Virus record (IMG/VR): IMGVR_UViG_3300045988_093457
Location: 1 to 56,140 of that record
Length of the DNA stretch: 56,140 bases
Strand: one strand, 5' to 3'
Source: a virus
In this document: one piece after another, positions 12,901 to 19,908 of the stretch
How the letters are laid out: each line of letters opens with the position of its first letter
Numbering within the stretch: position 1 is the stretch's first letter
Program-made: the position numbers and the translations under genes
Notes under the pieces: generated by a model
What the model was told of the DNA's origin: nothing
What the model saw: the letters and a program-made list of their open reading frames with translations, nothing else
The model's database searches: none

Positions 12901-15900
12901 GAAGTACCGGCCAGTCAGATATGGTGGGACGGTAACGACATAAACGAATGGGGCTTTGACGACGGAAAGGGATATGCTTACCGAAACACAAAGAACAACC
13001 GCAAGCTGAACGACCTTATAACCCGTGACGACAAGGGCAACATCATACCGCTGTCGCAACGTTTCAACGCAAGAAAGGCTGACGTGCGCTACCGTAACAC
13101 TGAAAATCAAGCAGCAACCGACAATATAGAAGATGTCAATAAGCAGTTTAATCAACAATTGGAAGGACTGACGGAGGAGAACGCCGACAAGGTTACGTTG
13201 TCGTTAGGCAGGCCATCGGCTGTCCTACGTGCGGCTGGCGTGGAGGATAAACCTATGAAGCTGTACGGCAACAAGGTGATTAAGAAGATGCGCAAACACG
13301 GTTTCACGCTTGCCGAAATTAAGGACTTGCCAAGAGCCGTGGCAGACCCGATAGCTGTGTTCAACAACTATCAAAAGAACGGCAACCGCTCAATTCTGAC
13401 AGAACTACAAATTGGCGATAAACATATTCTTGTAAGTGTTACAGTAGGTAAAACTGGTGTAGACGCAGATTTTAATATTGTGTCTTCTGTTTTTGGCAAA
13501 GGGAGCAACAATGTAGTTGATTGGATAAATAAAGGTTATGCTACATTTATAAATAAAGAAAAAGCTCTTGACTATTTGCACTTCTCCGAGAGAAGTATCT
13601 CGGAAGCCTCAGACAATCAAGAGCTTGTTTCTACTGCAAATATAATAAGAAACTTTGAAAATCCAAACGTTTTAGAGGAAAATCTTGTCCCTACGGAACA
13701 AACAAACGACATTGACACCGCCGTTGCCGACACTGCCAATAAGCTGAACATTGGTGTAAGGGTGGCGCACTCGATAGACGAGGTGAACAACGACAGCGTC
13801 CGACGCGCCATTGAGCAAGGCAGAAGAATACAAGGCTTTTATGACACGCGAACAGGCGAGATTGTGGTATATGCGCCTAATGCTGTTGATGCGGAAGATG
13901 CGGTAAGGACTGTGCTTCATGAGGGAGTGGCGCACTACGGATTGCGTCAGCTTGTGGGCGAAGAAAATTTCGGAACGTTCCTTGACAATATATATAATAA
14001 TGTAAGTGATGAAATAAAGTCAAAGATTGACGACATAGCACGGAAGAACAAGCTTAGCACGCAGGTTGCAACAGAAGAGTATCTTGCATCACTGGCAGAA
14101 AACACAAACTTTGAAGATATGAATGCGAGCTGGTGGAATAAGATAAAAGACTTGTTCCTCTCAATGGTGCGCAGCATCGGCCTTAAAGGCTTTTCAGGGA
14201 AAACTCTGTCAGACAATGAACTCCGCTATATCTTATGGCGAAGCTATGAGAACCTGAAGAACCCTGGACGATACCGCAACGTGTTCAGCGAAGCCGAGGA
14301 CATCGCAAAGCAAAATGAGCTTAAAGTCGGTAACTATGCAGTGCGTGAAACAAGAGAAAGCGTTGCTGACAATGACCTGTATCGAGAAGTGGAGCCGGAA
14401 GAGCGCAGAAGAGTTTATGTTGCTGACATATATGATGCAAGAATTAAAAACGGAATGTATCAGATGCGCGAGGCCGTACAGGACAGCATGCTATCGTTAA
14501 GAGAAGCCATGACGGAAATATTGAAGGCCGAAGGCAACAAAAATGTCAAAATAGAAGATATTGCAGGATTTGAGAACGCATACCTTGGAGAAAACAGACT
14601 GTCGTCTGTAAACAAGGCTGAGGCAGATGCTTTTGCAAATCTGCTGTTTAAACCTCTTCTCGAAGAAGCTGCAAATCTTTCAGGTAGTGAGAAAGGCGGA
14701 AGAGACGAACTTGTAAACTACATGATGGCAAAGCATGGCCTTGAGCGTAACAAGGTAATGGCAGAACGAGATGCCAAAAATGAATACGATAATTATGTAA
14801 AAGAGCATCCGAAAGGCGAAAAGACGCTTGATGATTTCATCGAGAAATACAGAAAACGTGATTATGCCGGCCTTACCGCATTAACTGGAAAAGAAAAAGT
14901 TGCCGAGGCAGAGGCAGAAGCACAGCAAATAGTTGATGATTATGAGGCAGAACATGACACAGAAGAATTGTGGAACAAGACACGCGCCGTTTCTAATGCC
15001 ATACTTGACAAAGAATATGACACTGGCTTGATGTCAAAAGACACAATGGAGAAGTTGAAGTCTATGTTTGACTACTACATACCTTTAAGAGGCTTTGATG
15101 AAAAGACAAGCGAAGATGAATATGCTTATCTTGAGAACAAGAACAGCGCGTTCTTCGCTCCTATTAAAGCCGCAAAAGGTAGAAAGTCAAAAGCGGATGA
15201 TCCGTTTGCTTATCTCCAGGGCATGGCCGAAAATGCTATAATGCAGGGCAACAGAAACAAACTTGTAAAGCAGAAGTTCCTGAACTTTGTCTTAAATCAT
15301 CAAAGCGACCTTGCAAGCGTCAGCGACTTGTGGCTGAAGTATAATGAGGTAAATGATGAATGGGAGCCGGTATTTCCTGATAACATCAAAGACACTGATA
15401 CAGCCAAAGAGGTTGAAAGAAAGATGCAGGAGTTTGAAGAAAGGATGCAACAGCTTGCTGAAGAAGAGCCGGAACTATACAAACATGGCAAGCAGACCGT
15501 TGAAGTTCCGTACAGAGTTGTTGAAAGCAGAGATTTAAAGCAGCATCAGATACTTGTGCGTAGAAACGGCAGAAACTATGTTATTACGATAAACGGCAAC
15601 CCAAGAGCAGCGCAGGCCGTAAATGGTCTTACAAACCCTGATAACGATATGTCAGGAGCAATAGGCGCAATCCTTAAAGCAGGACAAAATTTAAATAGAC
15701 AGCTTAGTGCGTTCTATACTACTAGAAATCCTGACTTTGTTGTTTCAAACTTCATTCGAGATGCTTTATATGCAAATAGTATGGCATGGGTAAAGGAAAG
15801 ACCTAACTATGCTTTGCGCTTTCATAAGAATTATGTCTTGGCAAATCCTATAAAGATGAAGAAGCTGTTTGCGAGGTATCGTAAAAATAAACTGAAAGCG

Positions 15901-17379
15901 AACAGCAAAACAGATATGATGTTTAAGCAATTCATGCTTAATGGTGGCGAAACCGGATATGCAAGTGTTCGTGATATAGAAAAACGAAAAAATGAAATAT
16001 CTAAGGAAATAAAGAAGTATCAGGGCAAGTTACCTATTAAAAAGGCATGGGGCTATCTGGCTGAAAGGTTTGACGAATTTAATAGGGCTGTTGAAAACAG
16101 CGCACGTTTTGCCGCCTTTGTTACATCAAGAGAAATGGGCCGTTCAATAGAGCGTTCAATATATGACGCTAAGGAGATAAGTGTGAACTTCAACAAGAAA
16201 GGCAGCGGCTCAAAGTTTATGGGAGCGACAGGACAGACAAAACTCGGTAATGCCGGAGCGTTTATTTCCGGTTTAGGCCGAAGCGGCTTTGTCTTTTGGA
16301 ATGCTGCCATACAAGGATCTACAAACTTTGGCAGACAGGTAAAACACAACCCTGCAAAAGCATTAACTGCTATGGCTACAATGTTTATGTTAGGCGCAGT
16401 TGTCGCATCGCTTGGCTATGGAGATGATGACGATGATGATAAAAACAGTTATTGGAACCTGCCTGACTATGTGCGCAGAAGTAACATCATGTTCCGTGCA
16501 GGTGATCAATGGGTAAGTATTCCGTTGCCTGTTGAATATCGTTCATTATATGGTCTTGGCGAACTTATGATAAGTACTATGAGCGACAAGGAGCATCTTA
16601 GCGGTGATGAAATAGCTAATCAGATAGCCGGCCAGATAAGCCAGGTAATGCCTATTGACATTCTTGAAGGCGGTGGCGGAGCTAAAGCATTTGTCCCCAG
16701 TTTCATAAAACCATTTGCAGAAGCATACGGATATAACAGAAGCTGGACCGGAATGCCTATCTACAAAGACACTGATTTTAACAAGGACTTACCGGAATGG
16801 ACGAAAGCGTATAAGAGCGCAAACAAATATCTTGTTGACTTGTCTGAAACACTTAACGAAGCTACAGGCGGAGATAAGTATACAAAAGGCGAGATTGACA
16901 TTAACCCTGCTAAGATAGAGCATGTCCTGACGGGATATTTTGGCGGTATTGCCAATACTATTGACAGGCTTACTAAAATGGGTGAGACTGCTATAGGACA
17001 ACGCGAATATGATCCGAATAGTATTCTTATATGGAATAGAATAGTAAAGAACGGAGATGAAAGGACTGAATATAAGGCAATAAACAATGAATATTTCAGA
17101 ATAAAGAAAGAGCATGACACGTTAAAAAAACGCTTAAACAATTATGAGCGAGACACTGAAAACGGAGTATTTGACTATGCTGAAAAGATAGACTTCTTAT
17201 ATAACTCACCTGAATACAGGCGTCTTGAAATATACGAAGAGTATCAGCCGGACATAGAAGATTTGATTATTATGCTTGATGAAACAAACGATGCGGACGA
17301 GCAGAGAGATATCGAGGCACAAATAAATGAGCTGAAGAAGATGATGATTTCTGATATAAACAAGTACGCGCGTAAATAG
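3955..17379 (+). CDS. Giant 4,474-aa polyvalent protein (multi-enzyme, probably encapsidated or injected)
   Basis: Uninterrupted 13,425-nt ORF. Several recognisable catalytic motifs are listed as separate features. Its C-terminal part has a hydrophobic segment. Confidence 0.9.
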   Translation: MPNKITYTITTSDGKSHQVDEQNINKYGMQSYADAYKGATIRMRDKDGADYDIPLNRFTQARGQGLRPFRFEHRGTATNTQAGSHAQQVADEYDESVRRTQPRMTAAQKAKMSNWASSFGQNVGQATRQATQALKRQNDARKDNALRVRRENVGVDAAPYKLGENPNVVETSSTYNPQSGKVEKTYLTEAGNEYVGRDVADLEQNIIDDQKAREMDPVNTTLRDAYAERDRLEESMRQRMKEIDEERSNVNPVVRAFADLTESTQGGQAYNPFERYQRDEQYRQLEAAARKNRATIQTLEDKRDNKMNDFFHSIATTAANGYTFNDGLSEINDAIALLDARKHINSINRKQTTGEPLTEEEQAAASVLAADALNAEVQGQYAGDYGAWARAGQMVPTSIDLMKDIMLTPGAGGVAKGVAGKVAGIGTRFLAKQAGETAAKSAAKAIGRSVLKGTGILLGAHTAGAVVSNTAGIGRTIGAMGTNLAGQTVKDAQGNYKVQDSMDVLDAFVDAERNQIRENGSEMFGEFIPGAGGLIKKGLEKIGLSKISNALTNIGNKQWYQQYNRLLTAGGYNGIPGEALEEYEGMAFDALTGNAGETWQQLKDPRTHVDIWLGTAAMSALLGAAPVTIQGAHTAMYYRYKHATDKADRTAAYRFGDNEKWNGLKEVIDNTPNEDMANAVMDIMNDSSLYPEQKTAALNYVRNLTKMCGYNIGQMSNANEESEESKAANESYANGYNTENPEELNQIKNRYEVAREKALQAFPQETLDEIENDNSLLVQYVEAPTLRKIVVDYLNTKQAYDGMIQRVRDDIDTQVQQSNDMIESRINKTTGMIQPAMMKAPDENGNERRAYVISGNVEMLADMSGVDREKSDGSILVRYADTGEMEMVSPSAIMRVDDAISPEQEQQEAETNITQTYAQQKANDIDGKVAFAQGDVYTLTDEAGKVAQVTVVPNKDGIVDNGDGTVNVDAGTGEVVAMPKDAIQIMIDRTNKNKVVQQEEPAAAVTYNLNDDVYVQDENGNIVHGVITGDVNEDGQYEVQTDTPVKNVLVNLYTPDQFVQQPQATTTEQPAAEQAPAEQATEQQPSAEQQPANEQQVEQTQAEAAQEEQKPVIPTDEKGNTLYHQVPVETTINDLYDGKLDDNEIRDFVDANINEADKNLEKVNKKAPKIGTNKAEYLKKKQEWQKQVEDATRIRDYWNSVKNYIAQQTHTTPEEVKAAQDELSGEAARREYQDMGGSVQQDAVSVASDFIRGAKITPESFKAETGYGTDEQRKFVGMIAKAENGGKTIDRLAEELVSYDNAEMNGVLFGGDTSSAKDAILSALQGAGTRGELKQTNEAEEQAYIDARNAARDAQYMEQYGMTYEEYLAYEEQIMPTIWREYNNYDETAFNNMYAEEIEQLIKSRENDTTGEEQADDRGNQVLSEQQVTEQRGSEGGTEPGTEVQAGVQSNNENEAAPEEASGERIPNIERGRQGYTGYIARRQQNNLETSEEINVPLSQNEQDEYGNPMVLAENGSTVFGTIESESGLTEAPIKLSLGENKVGTDGKNHGYGLLHIEAGHGEQIRNAGYQSVEQFVENVAQNYTDIKEGALIGKKQTYLLEVSDEHNNTLFIQLSNDGTYWNVNSAGIFKKKYSRRKPLIYTVPAVGKSTVTDTSEVNSGQSMGATAPAGNSSESKDSDKSAVAQTIDEKIAKAEEETDVNPTEGQKEAGNYKKGHVRIDGYDITIEQPKGSVRRGTDADGKQWEQTMNNTYGYIRGTEGVDGDHIDIFLSDNPTEGNVYVVDQVNPDGSFDEHKVMYGFQSADDARAAYLSNYEEGWKGLGTITEVSKDEFKKWVNSSHRKTKPFSEYKSVNAIGAQNEERVDNTDITPGDLLRAYESGDTKAIEAAESRMRTFIESSDDMKAVAATYFRSKDNSRKYKKDVSSGTYRTQSFIAEACKNALLKAGIPKEAFMGERKRTDFARNTSDARVLDVMSADPSFDVLRAVLNNPNTSNSTLQLIADHTQYSYLADDARRILAERDGGVRQMLGETGEKSLSAEETAIRDAVIDRLRKSGFDVITDTEEGQRVLDEANGRGVRVRMQAMLDGLTKAANTIHSWIKGNKRDRVFTIELPESTQRKIKEVMGRDFDSHNITANGIAHALKNHGIKGNKLNKNSIPLREEDAELIPYIMTAPDYVKKASTDISGRESLRFYKELSNGYVVVVEKEYKNSPNDMETITMWAETSSEATNARHKAVPDTHVPNAILSTDAAKIRKDAETAIENDEKIREHRVYHGSAADFEAFDHSHMGEGEGAQAYGWGSYVTEVEGIGRMYAERMAAGAHSFASTKFPFTVEHESRDYLKRAFTDKRIRNFEKAREKAIKDCNSALSKAKKHKDDVFASFYKKCLQRITTISEDEYNNPQYRHLYTVEIPDDTGENYLDWSNEISEEQKNDILNSLSKLKNEAFDYDYFAEKLEDYEDNYNLTGEGLYKLLSRYGFDNNYKAASEALNDIGFTGISYPAEYRSGGREDGARNYVIFNEEDLKITDHVHFFRTPNGETYGFTVGGRIYVDPRVATADTPIHEYAHLWASALRQGNPEEWRNVVGLMKGTPVWDEVRRRYPKLTADDDIADEVLATYSGRRGAERLKAETRKAVDGKGVFEAAQAVTAMERVKEALRKFWKGVADFLHIHYTSAEEVADRVMSDLLEGRTLKDSKEHDDTANFAKKHNLNEKDVEDYADYIRRGNLNGASRAFKEIRRKVRLDNQGASLGQFAKIFSPIEKELYERFGNIDELRQQYVQRTLDERNAMEAARKKAEEEAEAERRRLQEFQNMSSEQLDAEYMKAVEANDEIRMRNLVNEAARRNGYGDVGSEYQGVGAWSAPSNPGYESDEERRAAVENDAPDVNITDIANGYSQQPSDYFTNLRAYGTDTAHGRESAEAINKAIDEVRNGKDPMVKVYRAVPKSVKEGKLRNGDWVTPSRKYAEMHGDNRLEGDYRIIEQEVPASQIWWDGNDINEWGFDDGKGYAYRNTKNNRKLNDLITRDDKGNIIPLSQRFNARKADVRYRNTENQAATDNIEDVNKQFNQQLEGLTEENADKVTLSLGRPSAVLRAAGVEDKPMKLYGNKVIKKMRKHGFTLAEIKDLPRAVADPIAVFNNYQKNGNRSILTELQIGDKHILVSVTVGKTGVDADFNIVSSVFGKGSNNVVDWINKGYATFINKEKALDYLHFSERSISEASDNQELVSTANIIRNFENPNVLEENLVPTEQTNDIDTAVADTANKLNIGVRVAHSIDEVNNDSVRRAIEQGRRIQGFYDTRTGEIVVYAPNAVDAEDAVRTVLHEGVAHYGLRQLVGEENFGTFLDNIYNNVSDEIKSKIDDIARKNKLSTQVATEEYLASLAENTNFEDMNASWWNKIKDLFLSMVRSIGLKGFSGKTLSDNELRYILWRSYENLKNPGRYRNVFSEAEDIAKQNELKVGNYAVRETRESVADNDLYREVEPEERRRVYVADIYDARIKNGMYQMREAVQDSMLSLREAMTEILKAEGNKNVKIEDIAGFENAYLGENRLSSVNKAEADAFANLLFKPLLEEAANLSGSEKGGRDELVNYMMAKHGLERNKVMAERDAKNEYDNYVKEHPKGEKTLDDFIEKYRKRDYAGLTALTGKEKVAEAEAEAQQIVDDYEAEHDTEELWNKTRAVSNAILDKEYDTGLMSKDTMEKLKSMFDYYIPLRGFDEKTSEDEYAYLENKNSAFFAPIKAAKGRKSKADDPFAYLQGMAENAIMQGNRNKLVKQKFLNFVLNHQSDLASVSDLWLKYNEVNDEWEPVFPDNIKDTDTAKEVERKMQEFEERMQQLAEEEPELYKHGKQTVEVPYRVVESRDLKQHQILVRRNGRNYVITINGNPRAAQAVNGLTNPDNDMSGAIGAILKAGQNLNRQLSAFYTTRNPDFVVSNFIRDALYANSMAWVKERPNYALRFHKNYVLANPIKMKKLFARYRKNKLKANSKTDMMFKQFMLNGGETGYASVRDIEKRKNEISKEIKKYQGKLPIKKAWGYLAERFDEFNRAVENSARFAAFVTSREMGRSIERSIYDAKEISVNFNKKGSGSKFMGATGQTKLGNAGAFISGLGRSGFVFWNAAIQGSTNFGRQVKHNPAKALTAMATMFMLGAVVASLGYGDDDDDDKNSYWNLPDYVRRSNIMFRAGDQWVSIPLPVEYRSLYGLGELMISTMSDKEHLSGDEIANQIAGQISQVMPIDILEGGGGAKAFVPSFIKPFAEAYGYNRSWTGMPIYKDTDFNKDLPEWTKAYKSANKYLVDLSETLNEATGGDKYTKGEIDINPAKIEHVLTGYFGGIANTIDRLTKMGETAIGQREYDPNSILIWNRIVKNGDERTEYKAINNEYFRIKKEHDTLKKRLNNYERDTENGVFDYAEKIDFLYNSPEYRRLEIYEEYQPDIEDLIIMLDETNDADEQRDIEAQINELKKMMISDINKYARK
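9085..9510 (+). other. Domain within the giant ORF: inorganic-pyrophosphatase-like (InPase of polyvalent proteins)
   Basis: GNYKKGHVRIDGYDITIEQPKGSVRRGTDADGKQWEQTMNNTYGYIRGTEGVDGDHIDIFL matches, from memory, the InPase motif of polyvalent proteins. Confidence 0.6.
10759..11540 (+). other. Domain within the giant ORF: H-Y-E-type ADP-ribosyltransferase-like (ART-PolyVal-like), with an insert of roughly 200 aa
   Basis: VYHGSAADFEAFDHSHMGEGEGAQAYGWGSY ... GISYPAEY ... NYVIFNEEDLKI. Confidence 0.5.
11545..11970 (+). other. Domain within the giant ORF: zincin metallopeptidase (MPTase-PolyVal-like)
   Basis: GFTVGGRIYVDPRVATADTPIHEYAHLW. The HExxH codons lie at 11641-11655. Confidence 0.65.
13700..14000 (+). 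other. Domain within the giant ORF: second HExxH zincin-like motif
   Basis: AVRTVLHEGVAHYGLRQLVG. The HExxH codons lie at 13918-13935. Confidence 0.45.
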
Positions 17380-17391
17380 TTAACCTCTAAG

Positions 17392-17437
17392 AGATGCTTG
17401 TATGACCTATATTTGCAAGGTATACAAGCATCTTTTT
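17392..17437 (+). terminator. Strong intrinsic terminator between the giant gene and the portal gene
   Basis: 12-bp perfect stem AGATGCTTGTAT / ATACAAGCATCT followed by TTTTT. Confidence 0.7.
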
Positions 17438-17464
17438 ATGGTAAAAAAGAAGAAATTATTTTAT

Positions 17465-19402
17465 ATGAGCCGCATCACTCCGAGCAAGGATGATGAGGAG
17501 ATGAACACGGTGAAGTTTTCAAAGAAGAACTTTGGAGACCGCCGCGCTTTTGATGTCCTTATGGAAGCCCAGCATTATTGGAATATGATGGACGATTTCA
17601 GGAAGGACAGAGAAAGGAATAAGCGATATACATACGGCAAGCAGTGGGATGATATGATATGCGTGAACGGAGAAGCAATGTCGGAAGAAGAATATATCGA
17701 GCGGCAGGGCAGCGTTCCGCTTAAAAACAACCTTATTCGCAGGCTTGTAAGAAACGTTCTCGGCGTGTATCGAAGTCAGATGAAAGAGCCTACCTGTACT
17801 GCGAGAGACAGAGACGAGCAGAAACTCGGTGAAACAATGAGCACCATTCTTCAGTGTAATATGCAGCTGAACCGCATGAATGAAGTCAATGCACGAAGTA
17901 TGGAAGAGTTCTTAATATCCGGCTTTATCGTTCACCGCAAGAGTTACGGCTGGCGTAACGGCAAGGAAGATTGCTGGACTGACTATGTGCAGCCAAACAA
18001 TTTCTTCATAGACAACAATATGCGCGATTTCCGCGGTTGGGACGTCACGTGTCTTGGAGAAGTGCATGATGTCAGTTTCGGGCAGCTGTGCGAAAACTTT
18101 GCGTCTACTCCTGAAGATTACAGAAAGCTGAGGGACATATACAAATGGGCGTCGAAAAAAGAGTTTATAGCCAGCTACGCAGAACGATTTGGTTACAGCA
18201 GACTTGAAAATTATGATTTCCTTCTGACAAGCGAGCCGGGCCGGTGTCGTGTTATCGAGGTGTGGCGCAAAGAGCAGAAACCAAGATACAGATGCCATGA
18301 CTATCAGAACGGAGACATTTTTAAAATTGATGCAGAAGATTATCAGGAACAAGTCGTAAACGTAAACCTTCAACGTATAGAAATGGGCAAAGCGGCCGGA
18401 ATGCCTACGGAAGAGATTCCAATCATAACGGCTGAGTGGTTTATGGATGATTATTGGTATTTCTACTATCTGTCGCCGTTTGGAGATATTCTCAAAGAAG
18501 GCGAGACGCCTTTTGAGCATGGCTCTCACCCATACGTGTTTAAAGCATATCCTTTCATTGACGGCGAGATACATTCGTTTGTAAGCGATGTTATAGACCA
18601 GCAAAGATACACGAACCGCCTTATCACTCTTTATGACTGGATAATGCGAGCATCGGCAAAGGGTGTTCTTCTTATGCCCGACGATTGCTTACCGGACGGC
18701 GTGTCAATGGAAGATATTGCCGAAGAATGGGCGCAGTTTAACGGTGTTATTGTCTATAAGCCTTCAAGCAGCGGAAAGATACCGCAGCAGGTGGCAAACA
18801 ACTCGACTAACATTGGCATAACGGAACTTCTTAACCTTCAGTTGAAGTTCTTTGAGGATATAAGCGGTGTTAATGGCGCGTTGCAGGGCAAGCCCGGATT
18901 CTCCGGACAAAGTGCTACGATGTACAATCAGCAGGTGCAGAACAGCACGATGTCACTTCTTGACATGCTTGAGAGTTTCAGTGGGTTCATCATCGACGGA
19001 GCATATAAAGATGTTAAGAACATGCAGCAGTTCTATGACACCAAACGCGTATTTAATATTGCCGGCAAGAGCGGCGCACAGATTGAATACGATCCAAAGA
19101 AGATACGTGATGTCGAATTTGACTTGTCGATAACAGAAAGCACCTCTACCCCAGCCTATCGCCAAATGGCGAACGACATTCTTATGCAGTTGTGGCAAGC
19201 GCAGGCAATCAGCGTAGAGCAGCTGCTTGAACACGGCGACTTCCCATTTGCTGATGAACTCTTGCAGAGCATAAAGGCACAGAAAGAACAGATACAGCAA
19301 GGCGGAGTACCGCAAGGTGTATCTCCTGAGGTTATGCAGCAGGCACAGCAAGGCGCAAATATGGATGCGGTAAACAGATTACACAATGCAATTGCAGCAT
19401 AA
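17465..19402 (+). CDS. Portal protein
   Basis: About 645 aa, adjacent to the terminase-containing block. The start was moved to MSRITPSK because the longer ORF would run through the terminator hairpin. Confidence 0.7.
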   Translation: MSRITPSKDDEEMNTVKFSKKNFGDRRAFDVLMEAQHYWNMMDDFRKDRERNKRYTYGKQWDDMICVNGEAMSEEEYIERQGSVPLKNNLIRRLVRNVLGVYRSQMKEPTCTARDRDEQKLGETMSTILQCNMQLNRMNEVNARSMEEFLISGFIVHRKSYGWRNGKEDCWTDYVQPNNFFIDNNMRDFRGWDVTCLGEVHDVSFGQLCENFASTPEDYRKLRDIYKWASKKEFIASYAERFGYSRLENYDFLLTSEPGRCRVIEVWRKEQKPRYRCHDYQNGDIFKIDAEDYQEQVVNVNLQRIEMGKAAGMPTEEIPIITAEWFMDDYWYFYYLSPFGDILKEGETPFEHGSHPYVFKAYPFIDGEIHSFVSDVIDQQRYTNRLITLYDWIMRASAKGVLLMPDDCLPDGVSMEDIAEEWAQFNGVIVYKPSSSGKIPQQVANNSTNIGITELLNLQLKFFEDISGVNGALQGKPGFSGQSATMYNQQVQNSTMSLLDMLESFSGFIIDGAYKDVKNMQQFYDTKRVFNIAGKSGAQIEYDPKKIRDVEFDLSITESTSTPAYRQMANDILMQLWQAQAISVEQLLEHGDFPFADELLQSIKAQKEQIQQGGVPQGVSPEVMQQAQQGANMDAVNRLHNAIAA

Positions 19403-19407
19403 AACAA

Positions 19408-19433
19408 AGGGCGGAAATATTAACTTCCGCCCT
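19408..19433. terminator. Bidirectional hairpin terminator between convergent genes
   Basis: AGGGCGGAA / TTCCGCCCT 9-bp stem followed by CTTTTC. Confidence 0.65.
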
Positions 19434-19525
19434 CTTTTCATTTACGCTTGTCTGCGTTTTTAGAGTTCACATTGTACTTTACCAAAGGATCGTGTGTCAG
19501 CGTCCTTATGCCTTCAAGGTTTTGT

Positions 19526-19891
19526 TTAATTTTTGCTGTGTACTTCATTGCTTTTCTTTGATTTACGCCGTTTTAGACAATTATCATACCACTTCATGTA
19601 CTGACTGCGTTTGAAGGCTTCTACTTCCGGAGTGATAGAGCCTTTGCCGTCCTTGTACTTTGTGAAGTAAAAAGAGTTCATCTCCAGGTCCCGGACAAAT
19701 ACATCACGCGATATATATCCTTTTTGTTTCAGCTTGCGGAAGTTGTATCTGTCCATGACAAGCAGACTGCCGTCACGTGCCGGCCCTGGCATTACATAAT
19801 AACGTTCACCATCCTTTGAGTAAGCCTCTTCGGCTTTTCTTACGGCCTCACGAAGTCTTAACGTGGCCTTCAGTTTCTGAAATAGATTCAT
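19526..19891 (-). CDS. Hypothetical protein downstream of the terminase
   Basis: ORF with a clean start, last gene of the minus-strand packaging operon. Confidence 0.6.
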   Translation of the reverse strand: MNLFQKLKATLRLREAVRKAEEAYSKDGERYYVMPGPARDGSLLVMDRYNFRKLKQKGYISRDVFVRDLEMNSFYFTKYKDGKGSITPEVEAFKRSQYMKWYDNCLKRRKSKKSNEVHSKN

Positions 19892-19908
19892 AGCAAATAA
19901 TTTTAAGT

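Noticed and set aside
16423-16440. GAT/GAC hexa-codon run (the D6 stretch), checked as a slippage-prone microsatellite
   Set aside because: It mixes GAT and GAC codons and is only six units long, so it is most simply an acidic linker.
4431-17141. Dozens of 60-190-aa ORFs on the minus strand or in alternative frames inside the giant gene (for example 6655-7206, 11413-11967, 16761-17141)
   Set aside because: They are shadow ORFs of a long, continuous, motif-rich coding frame. Their translations are Cys/Leu/Ser/Arg-rich nonsense with no motifs.
17912-18604. 230-aa antisense ORF inside the portal gene, and 215-aa antisense ORF at 23180-23827 inside the scaffold gene
   Set aside because: They are fully embedded antisense to genes with coherent protein-like sequence, and their own translations are low-complexity and hydrophobic.
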